DNA of 40,594 nucleotides, taken from positions 1 through 40,594 of IMG/VR virus record IMGVR_UViG_3300032212_000053, one strand, 5' to 3'. Made by a program: the position numbers and the translations under genes. Shown piece by piece: positions 35,394 to 40,594 of this stretch. The notes beneath the pieces are model-generated. The model worked only from the letters and a program-made list of their open reading frames with translations, made no database searches and was not told the DNA's origin. Position 1 is the stretch's first letter. Every line of letters starts with the position of its first letter. The stretch comes from a virus. Taxonomy: Duplodnaviria; Caudoviricetes.

Positions 35394-35746
35394 AAGTATA
35401 ACTCCATATTTTGGCGTTTAACCAGTAGCTCATAGCCAGATAATCTAAATTCATATCCGCCATCAAGGTCGTCATTACTACGAACAACAATTAATAAGTC
35501 TGGTTTTTGTTTGAAAGTATCAATACCGAAGTTGATATCGTACTCAGCCTCACAGCTAGTAGTAAAGTATGCAGACTTAAGAATACTCTTAGGTAAGCTA
35601 TTTAACGTCTCTTTACTACATAACACTCTTTTGCCTTTAATAAGTCTTGTGATAAAGTCTTTATCCCAAGAAGGACGAGCAGGTAATTGCCCTTGCTCTC
35701 CTATATACTTATTATTCTTACTTAATAAAACTACGCCTAATGTCAT
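35390..35746 (-). CDS. Divergent, short dihydrofolate reductase-like protein
   Basis: IG..GQLP, D..F, K.V....T..SLP; adjacent to the ThyA-family gene. Confidence 0.65.
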   Translation of the reverse strand: MTLGVVLLSKNNKYIGEQGQLPARPSWDKDFITRLIKGKRVLCSKETLNSLPKSILKSAYFTTSCEAEYDINFGIDTFKQKPDLLIVVRSNDDLDGGYEFRLSGYELLVKRQNMELYL

Positions 35747-35747
35747 G

Positions 35748-36533
35748 TTAAGCCTTCAATTCAAATTTAATCGGCTGGTCGTGGATATACTCACGAAGCT
35801 CTAAGTTAGCTGGAACCCATTCTGAAACTTTTGTATTACCTGTATAGACAAACTTAGGTAATCTATATATCTCTCTTCCAAGATATTCATAAGCTGGCTC
35901 AATATGCTCATCATAGATATGAGTATCACCAAAGACCATGGTTACTTTACCTGGAATAAGATTAGTTTCAGAAGCCATAGCTATATTCCATGCGGCAGCA
36001 AGGATTGCATCTGAAGGTACACCAATCATAAGGTCTGCACTTCTTTGGTACCACATCATGTCTAGTTTACCATCTCTCACATACCATTGATATAGTAAGT
36101 GACAACAAGGTAAGTCTAGGTTTTTAATGTTGTTAGGCTTCCAACCAGTGATAAGCATGCGACGATTTGTTGGGTCTGTTTTAATCATATTAAGAACTTC
36201 TTCAAGTTGATTAACACCATTAAAGTCAATCCAAGTATTACCGTAATCAACATTAATAGAACCATCAGGCTTAGCCCAGTCTCTCCAATAGTTACAACCG
36301 AATGCTTCAAAATCTGCTAAGGCCTTTGGACCACGTAGCATAGCTGCTAATTCACCTAGAACACCTTTATAAAACATCTTACGACCTGTAAGTAATGGAA
36401 AGCCATCCTCTAAGTCGAAAGATAATGTCTTAGCAAAAGAAGATAATGTTTTACCATTTCTACCTTCTGTCTGCTTGCCTTCAGCTAATAGCTCTTTAAC
36501 TATTAATTTGTATTGTAATTCGTAGCTATTCAT
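35748..36533 (-). CDS. thyA: Thymidylate synthase-family enzyme with Asp at the Asn177 position; start corrected to 36533
   Basis: GRNG, FPLLT.RK, GEL, RR, PCCH, YQRSAD, GVPSD, DTHIY..H. Confidence 0.9.
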   Translation of the reverse strand: MNSYELQYKLIVKELLAEGKQTEGRNGKTLSSFAKTLSFDLEDGFPLLTGRKMFYKGVLGELAAMLRGPKALADFEAFGCNYWRDWAKPDGSINVDYGNTWIDFNGVNQLEEVLNMIKTDPTNRRMLITGWKPNNIKNLDLPCCHLLYQWYVRDGKLDMMWYQRSADLMIGVPSDAILAAAWNIAMASETNLIPGKVTMVFGDTHIYDEHIEPAYEYLGREIYRLPKFVYTGNTKVSEWVPANLELREYIHDQPIKFELKA

Positions 36534-37383
36534 CTTCACTTCCTTTCGGTGACCATAAGTCAATTTTAAAATTCTCACCATCTTTAACTAAGCAGTGCAT
36601 GTTAACTAATTGCATAGTTAACGTTGCAGCTTCTTCAGTTAAGCCTTTGCTATCCCAAGCGCGGCAAACACCTTCCCAAAGCTCTTCATGTGTCATGTTT
36701 TCATTAACAAACTTCAGTGCTTTCTTAGGACCTAAGCCTTTAACACCTGGAACGTTATCAGAAGTATCACCTAAGATACATTGTAGATAAGGCCACATTC
36801 TAGCTTCACCTTCTGCAACTTCAACGAAGTGCATATCTTTATTAAAGTGGCGTGACTCATAGTAGTTAAAGTGGCGACCAGGAAGACATTTAATAACATC
36901 TTTATCAATCGCACACATAATGTACTTATCAGGGTTTTCAGCTTTTAAATGAACTACCATATCATCAGCTTCCCACTTAAGGGACATTGTTGAGTCGTAG
37001 CGTTCCATAAGATTAGCTTTACACTCTTTCAAACCTACAGGAGCTTTAGCTGCACCTTCTTTGGTACGATTAGCTTTATACTCAGGAAAGATAGCATATC
37101 TAAAGTTCTCACGACCACCAGTGAAGTGTAGCTCCGCTGTCATACAACCTGTACGGTCTAAGATACGTTGAATCTTTTCTTCAGCTATCTTAAGTGCTTC
37201 AGTGTCGTCAATAATAAACTCACCATCTGCTAACTCTTCTTGAGCTGCAAGACAAGCTGTGAAAGCTACAGTATCTGCATCAATCAAAGCAATCTTATCA
37301 TTTTTCTCTGGTAGTTGCTCACCACCAAAACCTATATCTAAATCTTCTAGCTCTTCATCAGTGCCTTGAATTCCATCAATCAT
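36526..37383 (-). CDS. 5'-3' exonuclease (T7 gp6/FEN-like)
   Basis: IDAD, YKANR, EADD, DKD, GD.SDNVPGV.GLG.K.A. Confidence 0.92.
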   Translation of the reverse strand: MIDGIQGTDEELEDLDIGFGGEQLPEKNDKIALIDADTVAFTACLAAQEELADGEFIIDDTEALKIAEEKIQRILDRTGCMTAELHFTGGRENFRYAIFPEYKANRTKEGAAKAPVGLKECKANLMERYDSTMSLKWEADDMVVHLKAENPDKYIMCAIDKDVIKCLPGRHFNYYESRHFNKDMHFVEVAEGEARMWPYLQCILGDTSDNVPGVKGLGPKKALKFVNENMTHEELWEGVCRAWDSKGLTEEAATLTMQLVNMHCLVKDGENFKIDLWSPKGSEDE

Positions 37384-37384
37384 G

Positions 37385-37930
37385 TTACTTACCTCTTACT
37401 TTATCTAAGGTAACACAAACCATTTTAATCTGATGAATACAATCATCAATAGCATTATGCTTTGTGCCTTCAAATGGAATTTCAACTTCTTTATAAGGAA
37501 GTAAATCAACAACGGTTCTAACATCTTTATCACACCAGTACATTAATGGAAAGTCTACAGAATGTCTACGATATAGATTTCTAAGCCAAACATTATCGGC
37601 AGAAATACCATTACCCCATAAACGAACATCATTAAGTTTATCATGGCAAGACGTAATAAAGTCAGTAACTTTCTCAAGTCCAGTAAGTAGCTTAACACGT
37701 TTAGCAGTAATTAAAGCATTCTTAGCTTCATTGCTTTGCTCGTTCCACCACTTTAAAGTATCTTCATCAATCTTACCCCCGTTTAAGGCTTGAGGTAAGA
37801 CATCTAAGGATACCTCCAGCTTCTTACCGATAACCCCAGTATCTAAATCAAACTCAACTAATGCAATAGATGTAACTACTGCATTGTTATCTAGAGATAA
37901 GGTCTCTAAGTCCATCATAATATCACGCAT
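37385..37930 (-). CDS. DEDDh 3'-5' exonuclease
   Basis: DLET, WGNG..AD, D.RT, HNA.DD. Confidence 0.88.
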   Translation of the reverse strand: MRDIMMDLETLSLDNNAVVTSIALVEFDLDTGVIGKKLEVSLDVLPQALNGGKIDEDTLKWWNEQSNEAKNALITAKRVKLLTGLEKVTDFITSCHDKLNDVRLWGNGISADNVWLRNLYRRHSVDFPLMYWCDKDVRTVVDLLPYKEVEIPFEGTKHNAIDDCIHQIKMVCVTLDKVRGK

Positions 37931-37939
37931 GTCTTCTCC

Positions 37940-39634
37940 TTAAGCCGCTTGGCTATGTTCTGCATCTACTGGCATTGGTATGTCTTTGTAGTGCATAAGG
38001 TCACACTTACAAATCTCTTCCCATGCTTTCTGCATATTTCTCACCATAATCTCTCGATAGTGGTCAACTCGTGTGTTAGGTACTCTAGCATTGATTTGGT
38101 CATGTACAACATTATAAATCATACTAATCATCTCAGGTGCTTCTTTAAGTATATAGTGAACAGCTAATTTAGTTGTCTCACCAATTGTACCTTGTGTTGG
38201 AATATTAATAGCATCTGTACCAAGCTTTGGTTTAGCACGACGACCAAGAGCAGTTCTAACAACGTAAGAAGGTTTCTTATAGTTATTCCATGCTGCTTGG
38301 TGATATCTATTAATAGCCGGATAGTGTTTCGAATACTTAGCTTTAATAGCCTGCGCTTCAGCTAATGTAAACGTTACACCATAGTTTAAGAATGCAAACT
38401 CTTGGAATGAAGCTGCTGACATACCGAAGATAAAACCGAAACTAACTGCTTTACCTTTCTGTCTATCTGCTTTAGTAATATCTTCAATAGGTTTACCTGT
38501 TGCCATAGAAGCAGAAACTTTATGTAAGTCGATACCAGCTTTCAGCTCGTTGTACATAACTTCTTCTTTCATAATAGAACAAGCAGCACGTAGCTCAGCA
38601 GTACCGAAGTCACATTCAATAACTGTTGTATCTTCTGTATCTTCATTGAATAAGTACTGAAGGTCTCTAGTTATCTGTTGACTGTTAATGCCTCTTGGCA
38701 AGTCACCACCTGTGGCAGTAAATCTACCAGTAACAGCACCAGCAACATTAAATCTAGTATAAACCTTAGGATAGTTATAGCTAATTAGGAATGTTCTACG
38801 TTTGATTAGACGACGTTGTTCATACACTGCTTTTGCAATGGTATTATCTTCGGCAATTAATCTAATTAACGTAGCTTTATCTGAACTGTCTGTTCCTAAT
38901 ACTGCTTTAACCTGTTTAGGACTATTACAATTAAGACCAGTCCAAGCTTTCTTAGCATCATATCCATAAGGTTCACGTACGTTATCTAAGATAACAGAGT
39001 TAACATCAATCTTAGCTTGTACATCATCTAGCTCTTTCATAACCGAGGTTTGGTCTACTTCTAAACCATTCTCTTGATACTCAATCGCATATTTCATAGA
39101 TAAGATATCAACTTTATAAGCTAATACATCTCTATACTGCTGAATGTTTGGGTCTTCCCATAACTTACTAATAGCAACAACGTCAGTTGCAGCATATAAT
39201 AGTTGTTGCTGCGAAAGATAAGCACCTATAACATAAGACTTTTGCATTTGCTTCTTGTCTAAGTTAGCATATAATCCATCAAGACCAAACTTAGATAGTA
39301 CTTTATCTAGCGCAAACTCCATCCATTGTGGATAAGCAGACTTAGTTAAGTAGATTAAATCATCAAAGCGGTCTGTAGTCATGTTCAATGTACCGAAGTC
39401 ATATGAAGCATTGTACCAAACTGTCCATAATGGTTTAATAAAATCTTTAGCCTCTTGTAAATCTAATATATCAGTGTCGATAATATAGACTAAGTCTGAA
39501 GCTTGTGGTTGGAATAGCTGGATAAGTCTCGTGTTGATGTATAAGCCATCTGACTCAATATCAGCAAAGACTGGTAAGTTTTGGTCGAAGGTTGGAATTT
39601 CTTCCAATGAGTCGACTACTTTGAATTTAACCAT
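37940..39634 (-). CDS. Family A DNA polymerase with 3'-5' exonuclease domain
   Basis: Exo DIE, N..YD, YA..D; pol TGRF, DF...ELR, R...K...FG..FG, QG, VHD. Confidence 0.95.
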   Translation of the reverse strand: MVKFKVVDSLEEIPTFDQNLPVFADIESDGLYINTRLIQLFQPQASDLVYIIDTDILDLQEAKDFIKPLWTVWYNASYDFGTLNMTTDRFDDLIYLTKSAYPQWMEFALDKVLSKFGLDGLYANLDKKQMQKSYVIGAYLSQQQLLYAATDVVAISKLWEDPNIQQYRDVLAYKVDILSMKYAIEYQENGLEVDQTSVMKELDDVQAKIDVNSVILDNVREPYGYDAKKAWTGLNCNSPKQVKAVLGTDSSDKATLIRLIAEDNTIAKAVYEQRRLIKRRTFLISYNYPKVYTRFNVAGAVTGRFTATGGDLPRGINSQQITRDLQYLFNEDTEDTTVIECDFGTAELRAACSIMKEEVMYNELKAGIDLHKVSASMATGKPIEDITKADRQKGKAVSFGFIFGMSAASFQEFAFLNYGVTFTLAEAQAIKAKYSKHYPAINRYHQAAWNNYKKPSYVVRTALGRRAKPKLGTDAINIPTQGTIGETTKLAVHYILKEAPEMISMIYNVVHDQINARVPNTRVDHYREIMVRNMQKAWEEICKCDLMHYKDIPMPVDAEHSQAA

Positions 39635-39672
39635 TAACTTCCTTTATTCAGTTGAGTTGTTATTAACGAAGC

Positions 39673-39702
39673 AAATAAAAAGGCAAGACCGTAGCCTCAC
39701 CT
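39673..39702 (-). terminator. Intrinsic terminator after ssb
   Basis: AGGTGAGGC-TACG-GTCTTGCCT-TTTTATTT. Confidence 0.75.
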
Positions 39703-39714
39703 AATTATCTATTC

Positions 39715-40386
39715 TTAAAGGTCTGGTTGTTCGCCAGACTCTTCAATTGGAGCAACGTAGTCGTCACCCATATCAATAGCTTCAGATTCAATATCTTCGT
39801 CGATATCAACACCTTCACCCTCACCTTTAACTAGTTTACCTAGTTGAACAGCAGATAAATATAATGTTACTTTATCAGAACCACCAATGTTGTTACCTTG
39901 TGCTGTACCATGGATGATTCCTGTTGAACCTTCACCAATGAACCAATCAGCTCTTGCATATGCTTCAGTAATGTCAGCTGTTTTGCTTTCACCATTGTTA
40001 CCATATAACTTAATAGCTTGTGGTTTACCATCAGGCCATTTAGTGTTTGTTTTAAAAGTAATTAAAGTATTACCTGTTTCAACTTTGCGAACTTCTTCAG
40101 TTGCAGGGTCAATGTCAGTTTTGTCATCTGACGGCTTAGTCTCTGGTTTCATACCATTTGTACCTGGTAGACCTTTAACATTGTTAGCTTTTTTATATGT
40201 TGCCCACTCTTCATCAACTAGTGCTTGAAAAGCTTTATGTGCTGGACCATCTGTAGGAACTGAAAGACTTGCAACGAATTGCATTCTAGGTTCTTCACCA
40301 GGCATTGCACCATTACGACCATCACCTTTGATGAATACATACTTTAGCTTACCAACTTGTGTTTTTACTTTTGTACCTTTTGCCAT
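39715..40386 (-). CDS. Single-stranded DNA-binding protein (T7 gp2.5-like)
   Basis: IGEGS.G and LYL.AVQ..KL pattern; acidic tail; upstream of the polymerase. Confidence 0.8.
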   Translation of the reverse strand: MAKGTKVKTQVGKLKYVFIKGDGRNGAMPGEEPRMQFVASLSVPTDGPAHKAFQALVDEEWATYKKANNVKGLPGTNGMKPETKPSDDKTDIDPATEEVRKVETGNTLITFKTNTKWPDGKPQAIKLYGNNGESKTADITEAYARADWFIGEGSTGIIHGTAQGNNIGGSDKVTLYLSAVQLGKLVKGEGEGVDIDEDIESEAIDMGDDYVAPIEESGEQPDL

Positions 40387-40467
40387 TTGTTTTACCTTGT
40401 TTTAGTTTTGTTTTACGTTGTTTAGTAGCATACTACTATTTGCTTATCCTTGTGATAGGCTTAATAA

Positions 40468-40594
40468 AAGGTGGTAAGTAGACGCTAACCACCCTCTATA
40501 AGCTTAGCCAACCATAAACTATGCTTTAAAAAATATGGATTAATCAGGAGTCACTATGGCAATGTTAGACCATATCCCTTGCGGGTAACACCGA
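40468..40594. repeat. Second copy of the 127 bp terminal repeat
   Basis: Identical to 1-127. Confidence 0.95.

Noticed and set aside
252-40228. Antisense or nested ORFs such as 252-464, 729-1034, 3314-3664, 11081-11401, 16429-16917, 21320-21709, 39887-40228
   Set aside because: Shadow frames of well-supported genes or regulatory DNA, with no recognisable motifs
40468-40594. 127 bp repeat as a biological terminal repeat
   Set aside because: Length equals a typical assembly k-mer and it falls inside a transcription unit

Overview
The window appears to be a complete, circularly assembled ~40.47 kb genome of a lytic podovirus-like tailed phage; positions 1-127 repeat exactly at 40468-40594. It has two convergent arms that diverge from an AT-rich control region at ~10.1-10.9 kb and meet at ~30.99 kb. 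The minus arm carries small early genes, a Prim-Pol/SF3 primase-helicase, a Dda-like helicase, SSB, a family A DNA polymerase, exonucleases, a nucleotide-metabolism cluster, ligase, VRR-NUC and an SF2 helicase. The plus arm carries terminase, scaffold, major capsid, tail, lysis, ejection and portal genes. I saw no integrase, RNA polymerase, tRNA or CRISPR array. Spanins imply a diderm host, and about ten copies of a TTAAT..TTTAA..TATAAT promoter suggest a Campylobacterota-like host (inference). Best leads: (1) a ThyA homologue with Asp at the Asn177 specificity position, next to a divergent DHFR, a dCMP deaminase-DUF5664 fusion and a MazG, i.e. a candidate 5-methyl-dCMP pathway; (2) a ~310-390 nt densely structured minus-strand RNA between a paralogous orphan gene and ssb; (3) a GATTATT iteron array, RNase III-like early hairpins, a duplicated ~78 bp palindromic element and strong GATC avoidance. 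All calls come from reading motifs by eye; no database search or folding computation was run.
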